Made by a program: the position numbers and the translations under genes
Notes under the pieces: model-generated
Database searches by the model: none
Told to the model about the DNA's origin: nothing
Seen by the model: the letters and a program-made list of their open reading frames with translations, nothing else
Source: Vicugna vicugna
Lineage: Eukaryota
Assembly: GCA_013265495.1 (NCBI GenBank)
Contig: MU058531.1
Span: 3,348,911-3,412,910 of the forward strand
Direction: 5' to 3'
DNA: 64,000 nucleotides
In this document: positions 51,455 to 63,710 of the stretch, one piece after another
Numbering within the stretch: the first letter of the stretch is position 1
Layout of the letters: every line of letters starts with the position of its first letter

Positions 51455-53238
51455 ATTTTCTATCTTTCTATGTGTTTGTAGATTCCTTCCACAGGCTTTG
51501 GGATTATTGTTTTTTATTTCCAGTATCTGCCCCTGGTGGATGAGGCTGGACTAGAGTCTTATGCAGCTTTCCTGGCAGGAGGAGCCAGGGCCTACCCACT
51601 GCTGGGTGAAGCTTGGTCCTGGACTTCTGGTGGGTAGGGCTGTCTCCAGTGGACTTTGTGGCTTAGGAAGTCTGATGATGGGTGTGGCTGTGTTCCCACC
51701 CTGTATGGTGTTTGGCCTGAGGCTTCCCTACAGGCTGTTGGGTGGGGCTAGGTCTTGGTGCTAATGATACAATCAAGGTGTCAGCTTCCAGGAAAGCTCA
51801 TGAAGATTAACACTCCTGGAATGTCCGCCATCAGCTTTTATGTCCCCGAGTGAGCCACAGCCTTCCCCCACATCCCCAGGAGACCTTCCATATCCAGCCG
51901 GCATCTCTGGCCCAGGTTCCTATGAAATCACTGCCTCTGCCCTTGGACCTAGTGCACATGAATTTCTGTGTGTGCTTCTCAAGCAAATGGAGTCTCCGTT
52001 TCCCCCAGTCCCATGGGGTTCCCAGAGCCAGGCCCCCCTGGCCTTCAAAACCAGAATTCCTGGGGTCTCCTTCTCTTCCCAATGCTGGGACCTGAGCTGG
52101 GGAGCCTGACATGGGGCTTAGAGCTCTCACTCCCATGGGAGGGCCTCCACAACTTAACGAATCTTCAGCCTGTGGGTTGCCCAATTATATCGCAAGCACT
52201 CCCCTCCTACTCTCCTGCTGATTCCCTCTTTATGTTTCCAGTTGCAGGTCTTTTTTGCTAGGTTCCAGTCTTTTTTCAATGGTTGATTAGCATTCAGTTG
52301 TGGTTTCGTTGTAGTCATGAGGAGAGGCAAGCTAGTGGTCCTACCACTCTGCCATCTTGACCTCATATGTGGAATCTTAAAAAAAAGAAAAGAAAAAGAG
52401 GTCACTAATGAACTCATCTACACAACAGAAACAGACTTGCAGACATAGTAAACAATCGTATGGTTACTGGGGAAAAGCGGGTGGGAAGGGATAAATTTGG
52501 GAGTTTGAGATTTGCAAATGTTAACCACTATATATAAAAACAGATAAAAAACCAAATTTCTTCTGTATAACACAGGGAACCATAGTCAATATCTTGTAAT
52601 AACCTTCAATGAAAAATAATATGAAAATGAATATATGTATGTATATGCATGATTGGGACATTATACTGTACACCAGAAATTGACACATTGTAACTGACTA
52701 TACTTCAATTTAAAAAATACCCCCAAAATTTATAATTCAATGGTTTTTATTATATTCACAGAGTTGTTCAACTATCACCATAATCAGTGTTAGAACATTT
52801 TTAATCTCTCCAAAGAGAAACTTCGTACTTATTAGCAGTCACTCCCCCAGACCCTGGAAACCACAAATCTAATTTGTCTCTTTGCTTGTGCTGGATATTT
52901 CATATACATGGAATTATACAATATGTGGGCTTTTGTGACTGACTTTTTTCACTGAGCATAATGTTTTCAAGGTTTATCTCTGATTAGCAGATATCAATAC
53001 TTCTTTCCTTTTTGACTAAATAGAATTCCATTGTTTGGATATGCCACTTTTTACATATTCATTCAGTAGTTGTTACACATTCGGATTGTTTCTACCTTTT
53101 GGCATTTATGAATAATGTTGCTGTGAATATGTATACCATTTTTTGTGTGAATATATTTTCAATTCTCTTGGGTTTATACTTAGGAGTAGAAATCCCACAT
53201 CTTATGGTAATTCTATGTTTAAAATTTTGAGATATCTC

Positions 53239-56200
53239 AAAGGGGGATATTAATGGGAATACAATCATAGTTGAAGATTTTAACACCACATTAACATCAC
53301 TAGACAGATCTTCCATACAGAAAATAAAGGCAACTGAGAAATTAAATAATACAATAGAAAAATTGGATTTGGTGGATATTTTCAGAGCATTACACCCCCC
53401 AAAAATAGGATATACATTCTTTTCAAGTGCACATGGAACATTTTCTAGAATTGATCATGTACTTGGGCACAAAAGAAACCTCAACAATTTTAAGAAGATA
53501 GAAATTATCTCAAGCATCTTTACTGACCACAATGCCACAAAAGTAGAAATCAACTACAAAGAAACAAAGGAGAAAAAAAGGAAAGCATAGAGATTAAACA
53601 ACATGCTATTAAAAAACAAGTGGGTCAACAATGAAATCAAAGTTGAAATTAAAAAATACCTTGAGACAAATGAAAATGAAAACACAACCACACAAAATTT
53701 ATGGGACAGCAAAGGCAGTGCTAAGAGGGAAGTTTATAGCGATACAGGCCTTCCTCAAAAAAGAAGAACAATCTCAAATAAACAATTTAACCCACCAGCT
53801 AAAAGAATTAGAAAAAGAAGAGTAAAAAACCCCAAAAGGCAGCAGAAGGAAGGAAATAATAAAGATCAGGGAGGAAATAAATAAAATAGATATTTTAAAA
53901 ACCATAGAAAAATCAGTCAAACCAAAAGCTGGTTTTTTGAAAAAGTAAATAAAATCGACAAACCTCTGGCCAAACTCATAAAGAAGAAAAAAGAGAGAGC
54001 ACAAATAAGCAAAATAAGAAAGGAAAATGGAGAAATTATAACAAATAAAATAGAAATACAGAATATCTTACGAGAATATTATGAAAAACTATATGGAACC
54101 AAAATGGATAACCTAGAGGAGATGGACAAATTTCTGGAAACGTACAGTCCACCAAGACTGAACCAAGAAGAAACTGACCACTACAAATGAAATCGAATTA
54201 GCAATAAAAAACCTCCCTACAAATAAAAGTCCAGGACTGGACGGCTTCACCGGGGAATTCTACCAAACATACAAAGAAGAACTTACACTAGTCATTCTCA
54301 AACTCTTCCAAAAGATTGAAAAGGAGGGAATATTCCCAAACTCATTCTATGAAGCCACCATCACCCTGATACCAAAACCAGGCAAAGACATTACCAAAAA
54401 AGAGAATTATAGGCCAATATCCCTGATGAACATAGATGCAAAAATCCTTACCAAAGTATTAGCAAATAGAATCTAACAGCACATAAAAAAGATTATACAT
54501 CATGACCAAGTGGGGTTCATCCCAGGGACACAAGGGTGGTTCAACATACGCTAATCAATCAATGTTGATTGATTACATCACATCAACGAGAGAAAGGACA
54601 AAAACCACATGATCATCTCAATAGAAGCAGAAAAAGCATTTGATAAAATTCAACACCCATTTATGATAAAAAATTCTCACCAAAGTGGGTATAGAGGGAA
54701 TGTATCTCAACATAATAAAAGCTATATATGACAAACCTACAGCCAGCACAGTACTGAATGGTGAAAAACTCAAAAGCTTCCCACTAAAATCTGGGACAAG
54801 ACAAGGCTGCCCACTATCACCACTCCTATTCAACATCATCTTGGAAGTCCTAGCCACAGCAATCAGGCAAGAGAGAAAAATAAATGGGGTCCAAATTGGA
54901 AAAGAAGAGGTAAAAGTGTCACTATATGCCAATGACATGTTACTATACATAGAAAATCCTAAAAGGTTCACACGAAAACTACTAGAACTGATCGAAGAAT
55001 TCAGCAAGATAGCAGGTTACAAGATTAACGTTCAAAAATCAGTTGCATTTCTTTACACTAACGATGAATCAACAGAAAAATAAAATAAAAAACAATCCCT
55101 TTTAAAATAGCACCCAAAGTAATAAAATACCTAGAAATAAATCTAACCAAGGAGATGAAAGAATTATACACAGAAAACTATAAACCATTGATGAAGGAAA
55201 TTAAAGAAGACTTTAAAAAATGGAAAGATATCCCATGCTCTTGGATTGGAAGAATCAATATTGTTAAAATGATCACACTGCCCAAGGCAATCTACAGATT
55301 TAATGCAATCCCTATCAAATTACCCAGGACATATTTCACAGCACTAGAACAAACCATAATAAAATTTATATGGAACCTTCAAAGACCTAGAATTGCCAAA
55401 GCATTACTGAAGAAAAAGAAAGAGTTTGGAAGAATAACTCTCCCAGACTTCAGACAATACTATAGAGCTACAGTCATCAAGACAGCATGGTATATACAAT
55501 AAACCTCCTAGAAAAAAATATAGGCAAAACATTATCTGACATACATCTCAAAAATGTTCTCCTAGAACAGTCTACTCAAGCAATAGAAGTAAAAGTGAGA
55601 ATAAACAAATGGGACCTAATGAAACTTACAAGCTTCTGCACAGCAAAGGAAACCATAAGCAAAACAAGAAGAAAACCTACGGAATGGGAGAAAATTTTTG
55701 CAAGTGAAACCGACAAAGGCTTGATCTCCAGAATACATAAGCAGCTCATACAACTTAATAAGAAAAAACAAACAACCCAATCCAAAAATGGGCAGAAGGC
55801 CTAAACAAGCAATTCTCCAAGGAAGACATACAAATGATCAATAGGCACGTGAAAACATGCTCAATATCACTAATTATCAGAGAAATGCAAATCAAAACTA
55901 CAATGAGGTATCACCTCACACCAGTCAGAATGGCCATCATTCAAAAGTCCACAAATGACAAATGCTGGGGAGGCTGTGGAGAAAGGGGAACCCTCCTACA
56001 CTGCTGGTGGGAATGCAGTTTGGTGCAGCCACTGTGGAAAACAGTATGGAGATTCCTCAAAAGACTAGGAATAGACTTACCATATGACCCAGGAATTCCG
56101 CTCCTGGGCATATATCCAGAAGGAATCCTACTTCAAAATGACACCTGCACCCAATGTTCATAGCAGCACTATTTACAATAGCCAAGACATGAAAACAGCC

Positions 56201-56718
56201 TAAATGTCCATCAACAGATGACTGGATAAAGAAGATGTTGTATATTTATACAATGGAATACCATTCAACCATAAAAACCGACAACATAATGCCATTTGCA
56301 GCAACATGGATGTTCCTGGAGAATGTCATTCTAAGTGAAGTAAGCCAGAAAGAGAAAGAAAAATACCATATTAAATCTCTCATATGTGGAACCTAAAAAA
56401 AACAAAAACAAATAAACAAAACAAACAAAACATAAATATAAAACAGAAACAGACTGATAGACATAGAATATAAACTTGTGGTTGCCAAGGAGGCGGGGGT
56501 GGGAAGGGTTAGACTGGGATTTCAAAATGTAGAATAGATAAAACAAGATTATATTGTATAGCACAGGGAAATATATACAAGATCTTATGGTAGCTCACAG
56601 AGAAAAAAATGTGACAATGAATATATATATATTCATATATAATTGAAAAATTGGGCTCTACACTGGAATTTGACACAACATTGTAAAATTATTATAAATC
56701 AATAAAAAATGTTAAAAA
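53239..56718 (+). mobile_element. 5'-truncated young L1 (ORF2 EN/RT/C-terminal remnants plus 3'UTR), inactive
   Basis: [43 protein letters not shown] (catalytic YADD altered), multiple stops and frameshifts. TSD core ttttgagatatctc at 53225-53238 and 56722-56735 at a TT/AAAA site. Confidence 0.96.
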
Positions 56719-56921
56719 TTTTTTTGAGATATCTCCAATCTATTTTCCAAAACAACTGCACCATCTTCATAATGTTTTGCAGAATACTTTTTTTTTGAGA
56801 GAAAGAGGGAAATAATAAACTTATTTTCCATATTAAATTTTAGTTACTAAACAATATAAGTTCTTACTCTATAATGTCTTTCACTCTTTTCTGCTTCAAA
56901 GCTAATATTCTAGTTCATACC

Positions 56922-59030
56922 CTTTTTTATTTTTTTTTAGGTATAATTGATTTACCTTATTATATTAGTTTCAGGTGTACAATATAGTGATTCAAAATTT
57001 TTATAGATTATACTCCACTTAAAGTTATTATAAAATATTGGCTATTTTCCCTGTGCTGTACCATATACCCTTGTAGCTAGCTTTTTAATTTTATACAAAG
57101 TAGCTTGTACCTCTTAATCCTCTACTCCTATCTTCTCCTCCCCCTTCCCTCTCCTCTACTGGTAACCACTGGTTTCTTCTCTATATATGTGAATCTGTTT
57201 CTGTTTTGTTATATTCATTCATTTGTTTTAATTTTTAGATTCCCTTATAAGTGATAACACAGTATTTGTCCTTCTCTGTCTGACTTATTTCACTAAGCAT
57301 AATACCCTCCAAGTCCATTCATGTTTTGGCAAATGGCAAAATTTCATTCTTTTTATGGTTCAGTAATATTCCAATGTGCATATATACCACATCTTCTCTA
57401 ATGATTGATCTGTTGATGGACACTTACATTGTTTTTATATCTTGGCTATTGTAAATAATGCTGCTGTGAACATTGAGGTGCATGCATCTTTTTGTATTAG
57501 TGTTTTCATTAACTGGATATATAACCAGGAGTGGAATTGCTGGATCATATGGTAGTTCTGTTTTTAATTCTTTGAAGAACCTCCATACTGTTTTCCACAG
57601 TGGCTACACCAATTTTACATTTCAACCAACAGTGTACAAGGTTTCCCTTTTCTCCACATCCTCACCAGCATTTGTTATTTGTGCTCTTTTTGGTGATAGT
57701 CATTCTGACAGGTGTGAGATTATACATCATTGTGGTTTTGGTTTGCATTTCTCTGATAATAGCAATGTTGAGTATCTTTTCATGGCCATCAGTGTGTCTT
57801 CTTTGGAGAAGTGCCTATTCAGGTCTTCTGCCTATTTTTTAATCAGGTTGTTTATTTTATTAAGATTGAGTTGTTGGAGCTGTTTATATATTTTGGATAT
57901 TAACTCCTTATCGGTCATATCATTTGCAAATATTTTCACCCATTCAGTGGGTTGTCTTTTCATTTTGTCAGTGGTTTCCTTTGCTATGCCAAAGCTGTCA
58001 AGATTAATTAGGTCCCATTTGTTTATTTTTGCTTTTATTTCCTTTGCCTTAGGAGACAAATCCAAAAAAATATTAATACTATTTATGTCAAAGAATGTTG
58101 TGCCTATGTTTTCCTCTGGGAGTTTTATACTTTCTGGTCTCACATTTAGGTCTTTAATCCATTTTTTGTTAATTTTTGTATAAGGTGTGAAGAAATGTTC
58201 TAATTTTATTCTTTTACATCTAGTTGTTTCATTTTCCCAGCACCAATTACTGAAGAGACTGTCTTTTCTACCTTGTTTACTCTTGCTTCCTTTCTTGCAG
58301 ATTAATTGACGATAAATGCATGGTTTTATTTCTGGGCTCTCAACTCTGTTCCGTAGATGTATGTGTCTGTTTTTGTTCCAGTATTATGCTGTTTGGATGC
58401 CTGTAACTTCAAAGTATAGTCTGAAGCCAGGGCATATGAAACCTCCAGCTCTATTCTTTTTTCTCAAGATTGCTCTAGCTATTTGGGTTTTTTTTTTCTT
58501 TCTGTTTCAATACAAATTTTAGAATTATTTCTTCTAGCTTTGCACTATTGGTCTGTTTGTATACATATGGTCTTGGTTTTTTTTCCATTCAGCCACTCTA
58601 TGTCTTTTGATTGGAGTATTTAATCTATTTATGTTTAAAGTAATTATTGATAGGGATTGATAATTAGTGATAGTAATTATTGATATTGACTTATTGCCAT
58701 TTTGTTAACTGTTTTGAGGTTGTTTTACAGTTCTCTTTTGTTCCTTTTTTCTTTTGTTCTCTTCCCTTGTGATTTGATGACTATCTTTGGTGTCATGTTT
58801 GGACTCCTTTCTCTTTTTTGTGTGTGTATCTATTATAGATTTTTGGTTTGTGATTATCATGAGGTTTGTATTTGGAAATCAGTATCTACACATGATTTTT
58901 TTAGGTTGCTGATCTCTTAAGTTCAAACACATTTTAACAATCTTGCATTTTTACTCCCTCACCCCACAATTAATGTTTTTGACATCATATTTTACTGTTT
59001 TGTTTTGTTTGGTTATGTGTATCCTTGTGT
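56922..59030 (-). mobile_element. L1 3' end plus ORF2 C-terminus (to about 58540), abutting an ORF2-start/inter-ORF fragment (about 58550-59030)
   Basis: Antisense ORF KAKEIKAKINKWDLI...[14 protein letters not shown]. ccattcagccactctatgtcttttgattggag...tttaaagtaattattgatagg is the antisense EN N-terminus. Confidence 0.88.
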
Positions 59031-60584
59031 ACCTCCCTGTCTCCGTTAGTCAGGGTAAGCAGAGTTGAGTGGGTCATCTACAACTTGGGTGATGACCAGA
59101 AGCCTGCAGGGGTGAGTTCTGGGAGTCTAAAGCAAGTCATCTAACCAGTCTATGATGCTAATTTCTCCTTGATAAAATGAGGATAGGGGATTAATTCCAC
59201 CTAAAGTCTCAGTTCTCATATTATAGGATTCTATCATTTACTTTATTATAAACGTGTAAAGAAAAAATTTCTCATAAACACAGCTTTGCCGAAAATAAAA
59301 TAATAACAAAACCACACCAAAACAACAACAAAAAAATAAAAGTGGTTTGCTGAACCTCTGAGAATCAATTGACTCATGGGAATCTTTCCTGATGAATTTT
59401 TGAATAGTTCCATAGCATGAAGATGTGCACAGATCAGAATAGGGCATGTGTTGATCTAACTGTCTAAATGACAAATTCAGGTGCACACTTCCATATATCA
59501 GACCCACAGGGTGGTGACAATTTGAAAGGGAAAGGAAGAAAAGAAGTTTGGCTAAACAGACACAGAGATAGTAGAAAGGGAGAAAATCTTGCGTGTGTGT
59601 GTGTAAAGGAATATGTCAAGAGCCTTAAATGACATGGGGTAATAAGCAGCCCCCGTGGTTCCTGAGTACAGAAATAATATTATGAAAGGGGTGGCTTAGA
59701 CCAGCTGCTTAGGCTGTGATGCTAGGATAAATCAGAAGAGAGAATTCCTGCAAAGACCAGGACAAAGGCTTTGGCAGTAACTTGGTGGGCAGACATGGGG
59801 CCGTGCCAGGTGGATGACTAGAACAATGTAGAGGAAGGGTTGTTGGGATGCGGTGACTCATGAGGTCTGACTGTTGAGGGAGAGGGAGGAACCAGCGGTA
59901 ACTCCAGGGTGGAGATCTCAGGAAAGGAAGCAATGCCATGGGCAGTGATAGGGAAGGTGTGCAGAAATAGTGATGTAGAGGGAACATGATGTTTTTCACT
60001 AGATATGTTGAGATCTGGAGAGACGGAGAGGTAGTCCAGTGGAGTAAGCAGGGCTGGCTGAGCACATCGGAAAGTGGGACTGAGAAAAAATTAACTGTTG
60101 CTTCCAGTATCAGAAATATGTGTGTTCCATGCTAATATTATTTGCTCACAGACTATTACACTGAGAAGATACCTGTGTACTCCGTTTCACACACCTTCTA
60201 CCTAGTGTGAGGGTGAATTTATTTCAGTGCTTCAAAACATTTGACATTTATCCTGCTTCTCAAGCTTCTTTTTATTTCTTTATGGTTTTGCAAATGTGAT
60301 GAGCGGTCCCTGTTTCAACTCAAGCACTCAGCGTTCTCTTCCAGCTCCTGATAGCTTTCTTTGTTTGTTTATGTTCATCATGGCTTTTGAAGAAGTGCCT
60401 GGGTTTGATTAAACTTGGCACACTGTCAAATTACATCAAGTTCGAGTGGAAGTATTATTTGCGGTTTTTGTTTTGCCTTCTTAAAATAAAAAGGTAGTTA
60501 AAAACAATATCCCTGTGGGCACTTCTTTAAGGTTCATGATTTTAATGGCATGTGGTATGTAGGTCAGTGCCCGGGTGGTGTGAG

Positions 60585-60835
60585 AGGCAGTGTGGCTTTG
60601 AAATGAAGGCTTACTATATGTCGGGTTTTGGTCAAATTACTTTCCCTCTCTAAACTTCAGCTTTCTCAGTTTTAAAATGGAGATAGTCACGCTACTTATT
60701 TCCTATTGTGGTTCTAAAACTCCAGTGAGTTGATACGTATAAAGGCTCAGCATGGTGCCTGACACCTATTAAGTAGTCAGCGTACAGGGCCTGCCATCAT
60801 CGTTATCATTATTACTATTTTTATTATTAGCAATG
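60585..60835 (+). mobile_element. MIR SINE
   Basis: ctttctcagttttaaaatggagatagt...ctcagcatggtgcctgacac. Confidence 0.7.
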
Positions 60836-61851
60836 GAACTATATGAGGTCTACAGCTGATAGAACTGGTTAGAAAATTTAATTATACTTGCAGAAAAGAA
60901 TTAAAGACATATGAACATAAAGGAGAAAATGAGAAATAAGATTAGCTTGCTTTAAATGTCTGTTTCTTAGTTTTGTAAGCTTGGTAAGACTTTACTTCCC
61001 TGTTCCTTGAAGAAATGAGTACTCTGTGGCTTTCCTCACAAGAAAATTACAAGGATTAGTGCATTTATATTGAACTCCTGGACTCTCTGATTGCAAAGGA
61101 GGAAATATTTTTTGCAGCTGTGATGCATTAATGTTAGCATGAACCCAGCCCCAGTTGTTGGACTTAGATTCTTTTTTCCTGCCCTTTTGCAACTTTTATG
61201 AAACCTTTCTATGTTTCTCGGTTGTGAGACTAAGGAAATGGCAGAGAACGTGCCTCCCAAGTGTTCAACAAGGAGGAAGCAGCGGGACGAGGGCACCGGG
61301 TGCTCAGTGTGGCGAGTTTCAAGCAAAACCCGTTTTGCTTTTTTCTGATCTGAACAAACTTTCCACAAAACGTGTTTCTCACTGAGACAAGCCAGAGAAA
61401 CCAGTTATATAGGAAGATTATAGCCGGTTGCGGTCGAAATGAAGTTCTTTATTGGAGATCAAGGGATTGGCTTAAGCAGGTGATCTCTACAGTAGTTCTT
61501 CTCAAGTCCGTGGAAATGTCAAAGACCGGCCCAACACCATGTATCTGTGGATGGAGATTGACGTGTACTAAGGACCAGGCCCTTAAATAAAGTATCCAGG
61601 ACAAATGAAAAGCAGCGATTAGCATTGCACAAAACAGTAGCTGGATTTCTTTGCCATTAGCCAAGAAGAAGTTGCCTTTTTTACTTATGTGATCAAGAAA
61701 TGATCCCCTGTGATTTTCTATTTTTTGTTCAGGCAGGTTAAGGAAGTGAGAGTTTAACCAATGGTATCTAAATTGCAGCACAATGAAAGCTCAAGTACAG
61801 AGACTAAGTTTGGTTTTTTTCATCCTTCCAAAGATGCCACTTATGAGGAGC

Positions 61852-62330
61852 CAGTGTAGTGATGGAGAGCAAAGTCTGGAGCCAGACTGCCTGAGGTTGA
61901 ATCCAGGCTCCACCTCTTCGTAGCTGTGTGCCTTCAGGCAAGCACTCCTTGGCCTCTGTGTCCCTGAGATTCCTTATCTTTACAGGGTCAGACTAGCAGT
62001 ATCTCCTGTGGAGATGTGAGAATGAAAAGAGTTGATAAATATATAATGTTAAGTGCAGTACCTGCCATACAGAGAAAGCGTTAGATATGGGTGAGCTGTT
62101 ATTATTTTGATAACTTGGTGGTTAAGAGTGTGGGCTCTGGACTCAGATGGCCTGAGTTTTGTGCCCCTACTTCTGAGCTGACCGTAGACAAGTTACTAAC
62201 GTCTTAGAGTCTTTATATTTGCTAAATGATGATACTTACTTTATAGGATGGATATAGCAATTAAATTTACAAAGCACTTCATAATTCACACAGTGCCTGC
62301 TGTATAGTAATCACTCAGAGTTAGCTGTTG
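61852..62330 (+). mobile_element. Two tandem MIR SINEs
   Basis: tctggagccagactgcctgaggttgaatccaggctcc and gtggttaagagtgtgggctctggactcaga. Confidence 0.8.
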
Positions 62331-62689
62331 GTTTCTTGATTTTTCCTGGCTTCAGGTTTCAAAGCAGATCAGCCATCAAGCAGAAAATTGGAAAATCTGA
62401 GGGTGACAGCCCTGGGGGCCTATCTCCACCTTCCCGTGCTGGAATCTCCTTTCCAGATTTTGTGTTGGCCCCTGAACAACAGAGTCAATTGTCTTTCTGA
62501 TTTTCCCAGACCGCAGTGTTCTATAGCCAATCTTGGCAACACATCAGGTTCTAGGAAAGTACATGAATCATCATGGGACTCTTGACTCTGTACTTCTGAG
62601 CTTCATAAAAACGTGTGATTCTCTTTGCAGATCTCCTAAATAGCCTTTTTCCCTGGTGTTCTCACGTCCTTTCATCTGCTTATGTCACC

Positions 62690-63710
62690 CACTGGCACCC
62701 GCTTCCTCTGCTTTCTCATCCTGGTTTCATGCCCACCCCCCATGCCCCCTCCCCTCCTGCTGCCTTTAGCCCAATCCCCAAAACGTATCCAGCCCTTTCT
62801 CACCTGGACTCTCTCCTCATCAGCTGCCTTTTCCTCCTGCTCTCTTCAGAACACCTACCCTCCTGTGAGCAGACCCTGTCTCCGCCTTTTCTGCCACTCG
62901 TCTTCTTGTCCTTTTCTTTATAGCAGTTTTATTCTTAATGAAGACATCACTTACTCTGCTGTCTGCACACGTGGAAGCCTCACCTTCTTTGAGGGGAGGG
63001 AGGGGATGTGGTTTCCTCATTGCCCTGTGCTGGGAATAGGCATTGAACTGCCACCTTCTCCCTGACTCTCACAGGATGTTCGTGTCATCTGTCTAAGGTC
63101 CTTGCTATAGTATTGCCTCATCTCATTTCTATAATTCCACATGACAGAGCCTGGCACATAGTAGACATTCCAGTATGTGTTGAGTGAACTGAATGAATGA
63201 ATGAATGAATCTTTCTATGGAGTTGTATCAACTGGCACATTTTTTGCCTTCCTTGACCCCATTTTCTATCATACTTATTCATTCACTCAATAGATATTTA
63301 TAGAGTGCTAGGGGTGGTTGACCACTGGTTTTCTCTTCTCTTGAGACATCCCATTTAGTAAGAGGAAGATACGTTGCTTAAATAAATTAACTAGAGTTGT
63401 GGTAAGTGTTTGAAGAAAAATTCAGGGTCCTATGGGGCTAACCTAGTGGGGAATGGGGTGGCCAGTGAGGAATTTTTGTAGGGAAGTGTGGTGCAGTTCT
63501 GTAGTAGGAGAGGGAATAGTAACTGGTTAGGTCAAGGTGGCTGGGAGAAGTAGGGTAGAGTGTTCCAGGCAGAGGGAGTAGCTGTGCAAAGGCCCTGTGA
63601 AGGGAAGAAGCACAGTACAATTTGAAGGGGCTGAAGGAAGACCAGAGGCCTCAGGAGCAGGAGTGGCGGCTAAGGATTGTGAGAGATGGGCAAGGGCCAG
63701 GCCTGGGAAC
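62690..63710. mobile_element. Two L2 3' ends tail-to-tail (plus to about 63210; minus from about 63270)
   Basis: cctggcacatagtag...gaatgaatgaatgaat, then attcattcactcaatagatattta...gttccaggcagaggga...tgcaaaggccctg. Confidence 0.75.

Larger units (their letters stand above)
49335..52361 (-). mobile_element. Chimeric half-L1-like retro-insertion: L1 5'UTR + disrupted ORF1 + heterologous 3' segment + poly-A
   Basis: 17-bp TSD ctca(c/t)atgtggaatctt at 49318-49334 and 52362-52378. Starts gtcaagatggc on the minus strand. AATAAA at 49364-49359, 18 nt before the A tract. Confidence 0.85.
49252..52724 (+). mobile_element. Camelid-like L1 3' UTR fragment split into 49252-49334 and 52362-52724
   Basis: cattctaagtgaagtaagccagaaagag...ctcacatgtggaatctt // ...tgtaactgactatacttcaatttaaaaaa. 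Degraded TSD aaaatgtgcgattca (49237) / aaaatttataattca (52725). Confidence 0.85.
49175..56780 (-). mobile_element. Old L1MB-like 3' end broken into three pieces (49175-49251, 52725-53238, 56736-56780) by younger insertions
   Basis: The pieces join into continuous L1MB-like sequence: aaatttacccttttaaaatgtgcgattca / atggtttttattatattcacagagttg / ctatgtttaaaattttgagatatctc / caatctattttccaaaac. Confidence 0.8.

Noticed and set aside
49335..52361. Simple twin-priming 5' inversion as the explanation of the chimera
   Set aside because: The 5'UTR/ORF1 and the poly(A) end share one orientation, only internal scraps are inverted, and the 3' end comes from a different, older L1 family.
53239..56718. 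Active reverse transcriptase or novel RT system
   Set aside because: Ordinary 5'-truncated L1 with stops, frameshifts, deletions and a mutated YADD motif.
57473..58183. 236-aa hydrophobic ORF
   Set aside because: It is the antisense frame of L1 ORF2, a common artefact.
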